Source of the DNA: an uncultured Oscillospiraceae bacterium
GTDB lineage: Bacteria; Bacillota; Clostridia; Oscillospirales; Butyricicoccaceae
Assembly (NCBI GenBank): GCA_964367895.1
Contig: CAYJAS010000001.1
Coordinates: 2,404-66,403, forward strand
DNA: 64,000 nt
Direction of reading: 5' to 3'
Positions 34,572 to 44,220 of the stretch are shown here, in pieces (within the stretch, counting starts at the first letter, position 1; each line of letters begins with the position of its first letter). The notes beneath the pieces were generated by a model. That model made no database searches and was not told the origin of the DNA. It was given only the letters and a program-made list of their open reading frames with translations. The translations under genes were made by a program, and so were the position numbers.

Positions 34572-37223
34572 TTAACACTCCCTCGCCTTTTTTGATAGCT
34601 CATACAAAATACCGATCGCCTCTATCGGCGTCAGCACATCGATCTCAAGCTTTTTAAGCTGCTCAACAATGTCTGCTTCAATAAAACCGCCAAGCGAGAA
34701 TTGTCCGTCCTCCACCTCGGGAGTAGTTTGGACTTGCGCCTGTGCAGTTAGAGCGCCCGGCGTTTTGCTCTCGATTTCCACCAGTACCTTTTTTGCCCTT
34801 TTAATCACTTGCTCAGGCAGTCCTGCAAGCTTTGCTACCTCTATTCCGTAGCTGTCGGAAACTGCACCACGGACGATTTTTTTAATAAAAACAATGTCAT
34901 CTCCACGCTTTTTAACGACAATATTATAGTTTTTCACACCCTCGGTCACACCTTCCATTTCACAAAGCTCATGATAATGTGTCGCAAAAAGTGTCTTTGC
35001 ACCGAGTTTTTTTCGGTCTGCTATGTGCTCAAGCACAGCTTTGGCTATCGACATTCCATCAAAAGTAGAGGTTCCACGTCCTACTTCGTCTAAAATAATC
35101 AGGCTTTTTGAGGTTGCATTTTTCAGTATTGCCGCCACCTCGGTCATTTCAACCATAAAGGTTGACCGACCGGAAAACATATCGTCAGATGCGCCCACTC
35201 TGGTAAAAATCCTGTCGCAAACTCCAATGTCTGCAGACTGGGCAGGCACAAAACTTCCGCACTGTGCCATAAGGCAAATGAGGGCTACTTGTCGCATAAA
35301 AGTCGATTTTCCGGCCATATTCGGCCCTGTAATGACATACACTCGGTTGTCACCGCAGTCAAGATAGGTATCATTCGGGACAAAAAGTCCTGCACTTGAC
35401 ACACGCTCTACCACCGGATGGCGACCGTCTTTAATATCGATTTTATCGCTGTCGTCCACCGTTGGCATGGTGTATCCATAGCTGACCGCTGACAATGCAA
35501 AGGACAGTATTACATCAAGCTCGGCTATCGCTTTTGAGGTTCTTTGAACCCTCTCTGCCTGAAGGGCAACTTTGCTCAAAATATCGCTGAAAATACTCCC
35601 TTCAAGCGCAGTCAACTTGTCGCCTGCTGAAAGTACCTCGCCCTCCAGTTCCTTTAGTTCGGGCGTTATATATCGTTCACAATTTGTAAGGGTTTGTTTT
35701 CGTGTATATCGCTCCGGAGTCTGGGTGATATAAGATTTGCTGACCTCTATGTAATAACCGAAAACCCTATTATACCCCACCTTTAGCTTTGGAATACCGG
35801 TTTGCTCACGCTCATTTAGCTCAATCTGTGCAAGCTTTGAGGTTCCACCGTCAAGAAGCACCCGCAGATGGTCTATCTGTTCGTTAAATCCTGCTTTTAT
35901 CAGCCCGCCTTCCCTTACGCTGAAGGGCGGTTCCTCGACTATTGCATCGTCTATAAGTTTGCAGACATCTTCAAGGCAATCTATTCTCGTGTGGATTTCT
36001 TTAACCAGTGAACTTTCCATCTGTGATATCAGCGATTTTATCTCGGGCAGTGCGGTGCATACCTTAAAAAGCGCCCGCAAATCTCTTGCGTTGGCGGTTT
36101 TGTACACAATCCTACCGATAATTCGCTCTATGTCTAAAATACCGCTTAACACCTGCGAAAGTTGTTCTCTCACCTGCATTGTATCGGTAAATGCCTTTAC
36201 AGCATAAAGGCGCTCTCTAATATGACTTGCGCTCTTTAACGGGCGCTCTATAGTGCGTTTTAGCAGACGTGCCCCCATCGCAGTATTGGTTTTATCAAGC
36301 ACCCACAGCAAAGAGCCCTTTTTGTCACCGGTTGACATTGAAGTTGTCAGCTCCAAATTACGTTTTGCCGTATAATCAAGCTCCATAAACTCGCCGTGTT
36401 TGTATATATCAAGATGAGATATATGTGAAAGTTCGGTCTTCTGGGTTTCCTCCAAATAGCTGAGCAGTGCACCTGCGCTTCGGATTATCATCTCGGGGTG
36501 ATTTTGGTCTTCACCGAACTGCAGATTTATAAGCTGTTGTGCCTTTTCCTGCAAAAATCGCCATTCTCCGCCACGCTCTGTATGGCAAGCAAGCTGATTT
36601 GCCGCAAAATCGGATATTACCGTGTCGGAGTATGCAGCATCTGACAGCAGCAGCTCACGGGGCGAAAATCTTGCAAGCTCGTTAAGCACAAACTCCACAG
36701 AGCCGCCGCCCTCTGTTTGTGCACCGCAAAACTCGCCGGTTGAAATATCGCAGAAACAAACTCCTGCGCCACGGTTGTCAAGGTAAATTGAGGCGATAAA
36801 ATTATTGCTTCTCTCGTCAAGCATAGAGCTTTCCATGACCGTTCCGGGGGTTATCATGCGCACAACTTCACGCTTTACAAGCCCCTTTGCCGCCGACGGA
36901 TCCTCTGTTTGCTCACAAATCGCCACTTTATAGCCCTTTGCAATCAGCCTGCCGATATACCCCTCGGCACTGTGATATGGCACACCACACATCGGTGCTC
37001 GCTCGCTCGAGCCGCAATCTCTGCCTGTCAGCGTCAGCTCAAGCTCTTTTGACGCCAGCATGGCATCATCAAAAAACATCTCGTAAAAATCGCCGAGACG
37101 GTAGAACAGTATGCAGTCATCATGCTGATTTTTGATGTCAACATATTGTTGCATCATCGGTGTCAACTTGTCAGACCAATTGTCGAGCAGTTTAGCGCCG
37201 TCGCTTGGTGTCGGCTTTTTCAT
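34572..37223 (-). CDS. mutS: DNA mismatch repair protein MutS
   Basis: TPMMQQYVDIK, Walker A GPNMAGKST, TFMVEM, DEVGRGTST. Start at MKKPTP (GGAAGGA RBS, 1-nt overlap with the miaB stop). Confidence 0.95.
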   Translation of the reverse strand: MKKPTPSDGAKLLDNWSDKLTPMMQQYVDIKNQHDDCILFYRLGDFYEMFFDDAMLASKELELTLTGRDCGSSERAPMCGVPYHSAEGYIGRLIAKGYKVAICEQTEDPSAAKGLVKREVVRMITPGTVMESSMLDERSNNFIASIYLDNRGAGVCFCDISTGEFCGAQTEGGGSVEFVLNELARFSPRELLLSDAAYSDTVISDFAANQLACHTERGGEWRFLQEKAQQLINLQFGEDQNHPEMIIRSAGALLSYLEETQKTELSHISHLDIYKHGEFMELDYTAKRNLELTTSMSTGDKKGSLLWVLDKTNTAMGARLLKRTIERPLKSASHIRERLYAVKAFTDTMQVREQLSQVLSGILDIERIIGRIVYKTANARDLRALFKVCTALPEIKSLISQMESSLVKEIHTRIDCLEDVCKLIDDAIVEEPPFSVREGGLIKAGFNEQIDHLRVLLDGGTSKLAQIELNEREQTGIPKLKVGYNRVFGYYIEVSKSYITQTPERYTRKQTLTNCERYITPELKELEGEVLSAGDKLTALEGSIFSDILSKVALQAERVQRTSKAIAELDVILSFALSAVSYGYTMPTVDDSDKIDIKDGRHPVVERVSSAGLFVPNDTYLDCGDNRVYVITGPNMAGKSTFMRQVALICLMAQCGSFVPAQSADIGVCDRIFTRVGASDDMFSGRSTFMVEMTEVAAILKNATSKSLIILDEVGRGTSTFDGMSIAKAVLEHIADRKKLGAKTLFATHYHELCEMEGVTEGVKNYNIVVKKRGDDIVFIKKIVRGAVSDSYGIEVAKLAGLPEQVIKRAKKVLVEIESKTPGALTAQAQVQTTPEVEDGQFSLGGFIEADIVEQLKKLEIDVLTPIEAIGILYELSKKAREC

Positions 37224-38665
37224 CACACCATCCTTCCGAACAGTGCCCAAGTAGAGCGTTTTTCTATAATAACATCTATATAATTTCCGATATGCTTTTC
37301 ATCTGCAATAACATGCACCAGCTTAAATCCGTCTGTACGAGCAGACAGGGGGTAATGCTCATCACCGCCAAATCCGTCCACCAAAACACGTATTTTTTTG
37401 CCAACATATTGCTCATTTATCTCACGAGAGATAATATTTTGCACCTCAAGCAATCTGTCAAATCTGTTTTGCTGAACATCTCTGGGGATATGCCCCTGCA
37501 TTTCGGCCGCCTTTGTTCCCTTTCTGGAGGAATAAATGAAAGTAAACAACGAGTCAAATCGGACGGTCTTTAAAAGATCGAGTGTGTGTTCAAACTCGCT
37601 TTCACTCTCTCCGGGAAATCCGACAATTATATCACTTGTCACCGTCAAATCAGGCATAATTGAGCGCGCGTAATTTACAAGTTCGATATATTTCTCGCTC
37701 GTATATCCCCTATTCATGTCGCTGAGCACCTTGTCATTGCCTGCCTGCACAGGAAGATGTATGCTATGGCAAACATGCTTGCATTTAGCCATGGTGTCAA
37801 ACAGGCGCTTGGTAGCGTCCTTGGGATGGCTGGTCATAAAGCGTATGCGATGATCACCCGGTATGGCGTCAAGCATCTCAAGTAGTTGTGAAAAATCGCA
37901 GTCACCGTTTTGGTCACTGCCGTACGAGTTGACATTTTGTCCGAGCAAGGTAATATCTTTATAGCCTTGGGCAATCAGGTCTTTGAAGTCCTCTACCACT
38001 GCCTCCGGTGAGCGACTGCGCTCTCTGCCTCTGACATAGGGGACCACACAGTAGGTGCAGTAATTGTTGCATCCGTACATTATCGACAGCCATGCCGCAG
38101 GCCCTTGCTTGCGCACCGGGGAGATGCCCTCTAAAATGACCCCTTTTTCGTCGCCCGACAGGTCAAAAATACGTTTTCCACCGTTTAATCTGCTGCTGAG
38201 CAGTTCGGGAAATCGGTATAGCGCATGCGTCCCAAAAACTAAGTCCACATAGGGAAAACTGTTCTTTATTTTATCTGCCACATGTTGCTGCTGAACCATG
38301 CATCCACAAACGCAAATTATTGCATTCGGGTTTGCCTTTTTGATATGCGAAGTCTCCCCGACATTTCCGAAAACACGCATTTCGGCGTGTTCCCTTATTG
38401 CACAGGTGTTAAATATTATTAAATCGGCGCCCTCTGTACTGTCACAAAAGTCAAAATCCATGTCAAAAAGCATGGCACGAATAAGCTCGCTGTCCGCTTC
38501 ATTTTGCTGGCATCCGAAGGTGTTTACACAGGCTATAGGCCGTCTCCCGAGCTTTTGGCGAAGCATTGCCGCATTGCTCTGGCAAAAGGCATTTTGCCTT
38601 TCAAGTTGCTGTTTTTCAATGACTCTGTTATTTTCACTCATACGGTATATTATTCCTCCATACAA
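37223..38665 (-). CDS. miaB: tRNA-i6A37 methylthiotransferase MiaB (radical SAM)
   Basis: UPF0004 domain (TFGCQQNEADSE), radical-SAM CNNYCTYC, C-terminal TRAM. The true start may be the internal ATG at 38641 (MSENN), which has GGAGGA about 13 nt upstream. Confidence 0.9.
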   Translation of the reverse strand: MYGGIIYRMSENNRVIEKQQLERQNAFCQSNAAMLRQKLGRRPIACVNTFGCQQNEADSELIRAMLFDMDFDFCDSTEGADLIIFNTCAIREHAEMRVFGNVGETSHIKKANPNAIICVCGCMVQQQHVADKIKNSFPYVDLVFGTHALYRFPELLSSRLNGGKRIFDLSGDEKGVILEGISPVRKQGPAAWLSIMYGCNNYCTYCVVPYVRGRERSRSPEAVVEDFKDLIAQGYKDITLLGQNVNSYGSDQNGDCDFSQLLEMLDAIPGDHRIRFMTSHPKDATKRLFDTMAKCKHVCHSIHLPVQAGNDKVLSDMNRGYTSEKYIELVNYARSIMPDLTVTSDIIVGFPGESESEFEHTLDLLKTVRFDSLFTFIYSSRKGTKAAEMQGHIPRDVQQNRFDRLLEVQNIISREINEQYVGKKIRVLVDGFGGDEHYPLSARTDGFKLVHVIADEKHIGNYIDVIIEKRSTWALFGRMV

Positions 38666-38772
38666 TTACACTATATTGTAGCACATTCCGCCAAATTACG
38701 CAAGATGTAATATAGAGGTAGCCCCATTAAATTGTAAAAAACAGACATGGCAAGCCATGTCCCTACTACACC

Positions 38773-38809
38773 AAAAGAAGATGTCGCAAAAAGCAACATC
38801 TTCTTTTTT
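38773..38809 (-). terminator. rho-independent terminator after tyrS (symmetrical)
   Basis: aaaagaagatgtcgc-aaaaa-gcaacatcttctttttt. Confidence 0.8.
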
Positions 38810-38835
38810 AAGCATATTTTGATATAAATTAATTC

Positions 38836-40062
38836 TTACTCCACTATTACTTTGTGGAAGACTTTTTTCCCCTTTTTGACGATGAAATCGCCGGATTTTA
38901 TCTCCTCTGCGGTGAAAGAGTGTGAAAAAGACGCTACTTTCTGATCATTTGCACTTATTCCGCCCTGCTCAATCAGGCGACGGGCTTCGCCTTTAGAGCT
39001 TGCAAGCTTTGTTTTCACCAGCAGGTCAAGTGCTGAAATTGCTCCGTCTGTAAAATCCGCATCGGTCAAAGTCGTGGTCGGCATATTCTCGGTGCTCATT
39101 CCACCGCCAAACAAAGCCTTACCTGCCTGTTTTGCCATTTCAGCCTGATTTTCATCGTGTACCAGCTTGGTCAGCTCGTATGCCAATATTTCCTTTGCCT
39201 CGTTTAGCTGACTTCCCTCCCATTTGTCCATTTCATCGATTTGCTCGAGCGGCAGGAATGTCAGTATACGCAAAAACTTGAGCACATCGGCATCGTTAAC
39301 ATTGCGCCAGTATTGATAAAAATCGTACGGGCTGGTTTTTTCGGGATCGAGCCACACCGCCCCTGCTTGGGTTTTGCCCATCTTTTTACCCTCGCTTGTC
39401 AGAAGCAATGTTATTGTCATGCCAAAGGCATTTTTACCAAGTTTACGGCGTATAAGCTCGGTTCCGCCTAAAATATTGCTCCACTGGTCATCTCCACCGC
39501 ATTGCATTACGCAGTCGTTATTTTTATACATGTGATAGAAATCATAGCTTTGCATTATCATGTAGTTAAACTCTAAAAAGGACAGGCCTTTTTCCATGCG
39601 TTGTTTGTAACATTCTGCAGTGAGCATTCTGTTGACTGAGAAACATGTTCCCACTTCACGCAAAAGCTCAACATAGTTTAGATTAAGCAGCCAGTCTGCA
39701 TTGTTGAGCATAAGGGCTTTGTCGTCTGAAAAGTCGATAAACTTTTCCATCTGTTTTTTAAATCGCTCGGCGTTTTGAGCTATTGTGTCTTTTGTCATCA
39801 TAGAACGCATGTCGGTACGCCCCGACGGGTCACCGACCATAGTCGTTCCACCGCCGAGCAATGCTATCGGTTTATTTCCTGCCATTTGCAAGCGCTTCAT
39901 CAGCGACAGTGCCATAAAATGTCCGACATGCAGTGAATCTGCAGTAGGGTCAAAACCGATATAAAATGTCGCCTTTCCTGCATTTATCAGGTCACGGATT
40001 TCCTCCTCATCGGTCATCTGGGCAATTAGCCCTCTCGCCTGTAGTTCTTCAAAAATTGTCAT
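38836..40062 (-). CDS. tyrS: tyrosine--tRNA ligase
   Basis: HVGHFMAL (HIGH-type), KMGKT (KMSKS-type), C-terminal S4 domain. Start at MTIFEELQ with AGGAGG RBS. The ORF-track extension to 40152 runs into the T-box terminator and is rejected. Confidence 0.95.
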   Translation of the reverse strand: MTIFEELQARGLIAQMTDEEEIRDLINAGKATFYIGFDPTADSLHVGHFMALSLMKRLQMAGNKPIALLGGGTTMVGDPSGRTDMRSMMTKDTIAQNAERFKKQMEKFIDFSDDKALMLNNADWLLNLNYVELLREVGTCFSVNRMLTAECYKQRMEKGLSFLEFNYMIMQSYDFYHMYKNNDCVMQCGGDDQWSNILGGTELIRRKLGKNAFGMTITLLLTSEGKKMGKTQAGAVWLDPEKTSPYDFYQYWRNVNDADVLKFLRILTFLPLEQIDEMDKWEGSQLNEAKEILAYELTKLVHDENQAEMAKQAGKALFGGGMSTENMPTTTLTDADFTDGAISALDLLVKTKLASSKGEARRLIEQGGISANDQKVASFSHSFTAEEIKSGDFIVKKGKKVFHKVIVE

Positions 40063-40099
40063 TGTTTGCCTCCTGTTATAATAAAAAATAATATATATG

Positions 40100-40330
40100 A
40101 TACAAAAACGCCCTCTGCAATATTGCAGAGGGCGAAAATATCGCGGTACCACCTCAATTTATGCCGCAATGCGGCACCTTTGCGGACAATTCGTCCATAC
40201 GCTGTAACAGGCGCACCTGTGGTTTTTTAAACCCGGCTCACAAATTGTATTTCACAGGCACACTTTTATCTGCTTTCACCGTCCGCAGACTCTCTGAAAA
40301 AATGTACAAGCTACTCCTTTTGGTCATAGC
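40100..40330 (-). promoter_or_regulatory. T-box riboswitch leader, tyrosine specifier (UAC)
   Basis: On the minus strand: stem I elements AGAGAG and GGTGAAAG. Specifier-loop GAAA-UAC-A, with the codon at 40247-40249. Conserved T-box AAATTGAGGTGGTACCGCGA at 40141-40160. Terminator cgccctctgcaa-ta-ttgcagagggcg (40109-40134) followed by ttttt. Candidate promoter TTGTAA-19-TATAAT at about 40336-40366. Confidence 0.9.
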
Positions 40331-40372
40331 ATTTTATTATATCACTTTCGCAAGTATACTTTACAAAACAAA

Positions 40373-42070
40373 TTATGTCAAGCTGTTTTTGTAATTTTCC
40401 GCCTGTTTTAACAGTTCAAGTGCGCTTTTCATGGTTTCCTCGGTCACATGCAGTCCTGCCGCAAGACGGGCAAGCTCCTCTGCCCGACCTCTATTGTCAA
40501 GGGGGCGCACCGATGTGAATGTCTGCCCCGCTTCGATGTTTTTTTCTATGCGATATTGATTGTCAGCAAGACAGGCAATTTGCGGAAGATGGGTAACGCA
40601 AAGCACCTGAGCTCCACGGGATATTGCATACAATTTCTCTCCCACTTTGCTGGCCGCTCTGCCGCTCACGCCGGAATCTATTTCATCAAACACCGTTGTC
40701 TTTTGACTGTCACTACCCGAAAGGACATTTTTCATCGCAAGCATAATGCGTGACAGCTCACCGCCCGAGGCCACCTTTATCAGCGGTTTAAGCTGTTCGC
40801 CGATATTTGCAGACAGCAAAAACCTAACTGTGTCTGTGCCTTTTTTGGTAAACTTTGCCTGCTCTGTAGTGCCGACTTTTTCGACAAGGGCACAAAAGGA
40901 GGCAGAGGGCATATCAAGCTGTTTAAGCTCCGATTGTATTGCATTTTGCATATCATCTGCCGCTTTTTTTCTGCTTTTGTGCAGTTTTTCGGCAAGCGAG
41001 GACAAATGCTTGCGCTTTTGCATATACTGCTCGCTGAGCGCCTCAATGTCCTCCTCCGCACCGTCAAGCTCCGAAAGCTCTGCGGACAATGAGTTTTCAA
41101 GCTGTGAAAACTCGTCCGGCGGTGTTCCAAACCGAGTGGTTAGCGTTGAAATAAGATCAAGCCTACGCTCTATTCGTTCAAGCTCGGGTTGTGAAAACTC
41201 AAGCTTTTCAAGCGCATTTTTGACCTCTGATTCTATATCACTTAAAAGTACATCAACTTCAGAAAGTCGTGCCGAAAGCTTCACAGCTTCCGTGCTATAC
41301 TTTGACGCTACAGTCAGCGCCGACAAAGCTTGTCCGCACAGAGCACCGGCGCCGTTTTGTTCACCGGTACCCGACAGAAAATCGATACAGAGCGACAGTT
41401 GCTCGCTTATACGCGAGGCATTTGAAAGCTCCGACCGACGACTGAGCAAATTATCTTGTTCTCCCGGCGCTACATTTGCCTCACTAAGTGCGGCAATTTG
41501 ACCTGATATTTGCTGTCGTCTGCGTTGCTTTTCCGCTGTGCTCATTGAAATCGCTTTAATGCGCCTGTTAAGGGCAAGAAGCTGTTCATAATGCACAAGA
41601 TAATCTTCAAGCTGAGGGCCAAGTTGCCCCAATTCATCGAGATAATCTATATGTAACTGTTCATTCAGCAGATTTTGTCCGTCGTGCTGACCGTGTATTG
41701 CGATAAGCTGTTCGCCAAGAGATTTGAGCATGGATAAAGTTGCCGGCTGGCCGTTTATCCGGCAAACATTGCGTCCGTCGGAAAAGATTTCACGCTTTAT
41801 CAGCAGTTCATCTCCGTCAAACCCGAGCGATACCATTTGTGAGATAATTTGCTCGGCCAATTGCTCAAACTTAGCCGTGACTGTCGCTTTACTTTGGCCT
41901 GTTCTTATAATGTCACGGCTGACTCTGCCACCGCAAATTGCGCTTAGAGCGTCAATAATAATCGACTTTCCTGCTCCCGTTTCACCGGACAAGACGGAAA
42001 AACCGCCCCTAAAGCCGATTGTCGCACGCTCAATAACCGCAATATTTTCAATAAAAAGCTCACTGAGCAT
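40373..42070 (-). CDS. recN: DNA repair protein RecN
   Basis: SMC-like N-terminal Walker A GETGAGKSIIIDAL, long coiled coil, C-terminal SGGELSR and DEIDSG. Confidence 0.95.
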   Translation of the reverse strand: MLSELFIENIAVIERATIGFRGGFSVLSGETGAGKSIIIDALSAICGGRVSRDIIRTGQSKATVTAKFEQLAEQIISQMVSLGFDGDELLIKREIFSDGRNVCRINGQPATLSMLKSLGEQLIAIHGQHDGQNLLNEQLHIDYLDELGQLGPQLEDYLVHYEQLLALNRRIKAISMSTAEKQRRRQQISGQIAALSEANVAPGEQDNLLSRRSELSNASRISEQLSLCIDFLSGTGEQNGAGALCGQALSALTVASKYSTEAVKLSARLSEVDVLLSDIESEVKNALEKLEFSQPELERIERRLDLISTLTTRFGTPPDEFSQLENSLSAELSELDGAEEDIEALSEQYMQKRKHLSSLAEKLHKSRKKAADDMQNAIQSELKQLDMPSASFCALVEKVGTTEQAKFTKKGTDTVRFLLSANIGEQLKPLIKVASGGELSRIMLAMKNVLSGSDSQKTTVFDEIDSGVSGRAASKVGEKLYAISRGAQVLCVTHLPQIACLADNQYRIEKNIEAGQTFTSVRPLDNRGRAEELARLAAGLHVTEETMKSALELLKQAENYKNSLT

Positions 42071-42082
42071 AGATATCCTCGA

Positions 42083-42535
42083 TTACTTCAGAAGTTCCGA
42101 TACAGTTTGACAAAACTTCTGCGAATCTTCATTGTCGTGAAGGATTATCAGAATGTTGTCATCGCCCGCTATCGTGCCGACAATTTCATCAATTTTCATG
42201 GCATCAATTGCCGCAGCGGCGGCATTTGCCATGCCGACGAGGGTTTTAACAACCACAAGGTTTTGTGCTCTGTCGACTTTTAAGACGCACTCTTTAAAAA
42301 TATTCTTTAGGCGCGGCATGTGCAGGCTTTCGCTGTTCATTTGAGGTGTGGCATATTTATATCCACCGCTCTCTGAGGAAACTTTGATAAGCCTAAGCTC
42401 TTTGATATCTCTTGAAATAGTCGCTTGAGTTGTGGGGAAACCCTTGGTGCGCAGTCGTTCGGAAAGTTCTTCTTGGGTTTTCACTTCGCTATTTGTGACG
42501 ATGTCTACAATGGCTGCTTGCCTTTTAAATTTCAT
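42083..42535 (-). CDS. argR: arginine repressor
   Basis: KRQAAIVDIVTNSEVKTQEELSERLRTKGFPTTQATISRDIKEL wHTH. C-terminal GTIAGDDNILII oligomerisation/Arg-binding motif. Confidence 0.9.
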   Translation of the reverse strand: MKFKRQAAIVDIVTNSEVKTQEELSERLRTKGFPTTQATISRDIKELRLIKVSSESGGYKYATPQMNSESLHMPRLKNIFKECVLKVDRAQNLVVVKTLVGMANAAAAAIDAMKIDEIVGTIAGDDNILIILHDNEDSQKFCQTVSELLK

Positions 42536-43410
42536 ACTTTTCTTCCCCCATTTAATAGTTTTTCGTTGACAGTTTTGTAAAAATCGGTTTTCTTAAGTCT
42601 TATCATCGGTGCCGTGTAACAGGATTTTTTTACAACAATGCTATCACCCTCTGCAAGCTCATAAGTGGCAAGACCGTCGGGTGACATGCAATTATTTATC
42701 TCTCGTGTTTCCGGTATTATTCTGACCGTGTCATTTGAGCTTATGACAAAGGATTTTACATTAAACGCATGCGGACAAACCGGTGTGATTGCAAAACAGC
42801 TTGTCTCGGGTGCCAAAATGGGTCCGCCTGCGGCAAGTGAATATGCCGTTGACCCTGTCGGCGTACAAACCAACACACCGTCACCCGCAAAATGCATGGC
42901 ATGTCTGCCGTTTACCTCAAGCTCAAGCGAAATGCTCTTCATAACATTTCCCTTGAGCACCGCCGCTTCATTGAGTGCCGTTGTGCACAGTTTAACTTGT
43001 CCGTCACTGCCAATAATCTGAATATCAAGCATCAGCTTGTGCTGGATTTCATACTCACCGCACAGCAGTTTTGCCGCCATTTCATGCTCAAAATCTTCAA
43101 GCTCGCTTATAAATCCAAGGCGACCTTTGTTAATTCCAAGCAAAGGTTTTTCATATTGTGCCGCGCTGTGGAGTATTCTCAAAATTGTCCCGTCACCGCC
43201 GATTATCACAATAAACTCGCACGCCTGTATTGCCTGCTTCTGGGTTTGTGTTATAGTAACTGTGCTTTGATCTAAGTTTGTTAGCATATCGGCCAGTGAG
43301 CTGTCAAGTATCGGCTCAAAGCCGAGCGCACACAGTTTCGGGATTAGTTGTGCCGTGTACTCAATCGCTTCAGAGCGTATAATATTTGCGAAGATCATAA
43401 CTTTTTTCAT
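42532..43410 (-). CDS. nadK: NAD+ kinase
   Basis: IGGDGTILR, NEAAV, STAYSLAAGGPI motifs. Confidence 0.9.
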   Translation of the reverse strand: MKKVMIFANIIRSEAIEYTAQLIPKLCALGFEPILDSSLADMLTNLDQSTVTITQTQKQAIQACEFIVIIGGDGTILRILHSAAQYEKPLLGINKGRLGFISELEDFEHEMAAKLLCGEYEIQHKLMLDIQIIGSDGQVKLCTTALNEAAVLKGNVMKSISLELEVNGRHAMHFAGDGVLVCTPTGSTAYSLAAGGPILAPETSCFAITPVCPHAFNVKSFVISSNDTVRIIPETREINNCMSPDGLATYELAEGDSIVVKKSCYTAPMIRLKKTDFYKTVNEKLLNGGRKV

Positions 43411-43422
43411 GATTGGCTCCGT

Positions 43423-44220
43423 TCAAATGAGTAAAGAATGGGCTTTCTCCACTATGGCGTCTAAGTCAAAATCCTTTTGCTGTCCACCTTTTTTCAGGTG
43501 CGCTATAAACTCAATATTCCCATCGCGCCCCGGTGTATTCGAGTGAGTAATATCAAGCACTGCAAAGCCATTTTGCTTTGCGGCTTCGATCGCCTTTTCA
43601 ATGGCGAGTTTGTGCAGTTTCGGCTGTTTTACAATTCCGTTTTTCCCGACATTTTCACGTCCGACCTCAAACTGAGGTTTAATGAGAAAAATGGCCATGC
43701 CGTCCGGAGAAAGCAGTCTATATGCCGACGGGAAGATAAGCGAAAGCGATATAAATGATACATCACAGACGGCAATTTGCGGTATCTGCCCAAGGTTTTG
43801 CTGGCTTAAAGAGCGTATATCGCAGTTTTCAAAACAAATAACTCTACTGTCATTGCGCAGTTTTTCGGCAAGCTGATTGCTCCCGGTATCAACAGCGTAA
43901 ATCAGTTTTGCTCGGTTTTGGAGTAAGCAATCGGTAAATCCACCTGTGGAAGCGCCGATGTCTATGCAAACCGCATCATTTGGGTCTATCGCAAAGGTTT
44001 TGAGTGCATATTCCAGTTTCTCTCCACCACGGCTTACATATTTATGCGGCTTTAGCACGACAATTTGGGTGCCTGACGGAAATTTCTGCGATGGCTTTGA
44101 GACAACTGCCCCATCTGCCGTTACAAGTCCGGCTTCAATGAGTTCTTTTGCCCTGTCCCGCCCGCTCGAAAGTCCGGCGCCCACCAGCAAGCTGTCAATT
44201 CGTTGTAGCTGATCTGCCAT
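43423..44220 (-). CDS. tlyA: TlyA family rRNA (cytidine-2'-O)-methyltransferase
   Basis: S4 domain RIDSLLVGAGL, YVSRGGEKL, SAM site DIGASTGGFTDCLL. Start at MADQLQ (GGAGAG RBS). Overlaps the dxs 3' end. Confidence 0.9.
   Translation of the reverse strand: MADQLQRIDSLLVGAGLSSGRDRAKELIEAGLVTADGAVVSKPSQKFPSGTQIVVLKPHKYVSRGGEKLEYALKTFAIDPNDAVCIDIGASTGGFTDCLLQNRAKLIYAVDTGSNQLAEKLRNDSRVICFENCDIRSLSQQNLGQIPQIAVCDVSFISLSLIFPSAYRLLSPDGMAIFLIKPQFEVGRENVGKNGIVKQPKLHKLAIEKAIEAAKQNGFAVLDITHSNTPGRDGNIEFIAHLKKGGQQKDFDLDAIVEKAHSLLI

Noticed and set aside
40063-40394. N-terminal extension of the tyrS ORF to 40152, and the 77-aa plus-strand ORF 40161-40394
   Set aside because: This region is the Tyr T-box leader (T-box core, specifier UAC, terminator). 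The extension reads through the terminator hairpin and has no RBS, whereas ATG 40062 has AGGAGG.
40746-41501. 251-aa plus-strand ORF (Ser-rich), the longest unexplained ORF in the track
   Set aside because: It lies entirely antisense to recN, which has full-length family motifs. It has low-complexity Ser/Ala/Cys composition, no RBS and no recognisable domain, so it is a typical shadow ORF. The same reasoning applies to 870-1313, 1356-1874, 6501-7115, 15929-16462, 48948-49583, 51236-51865, 54261-54767 and 61126-61626.
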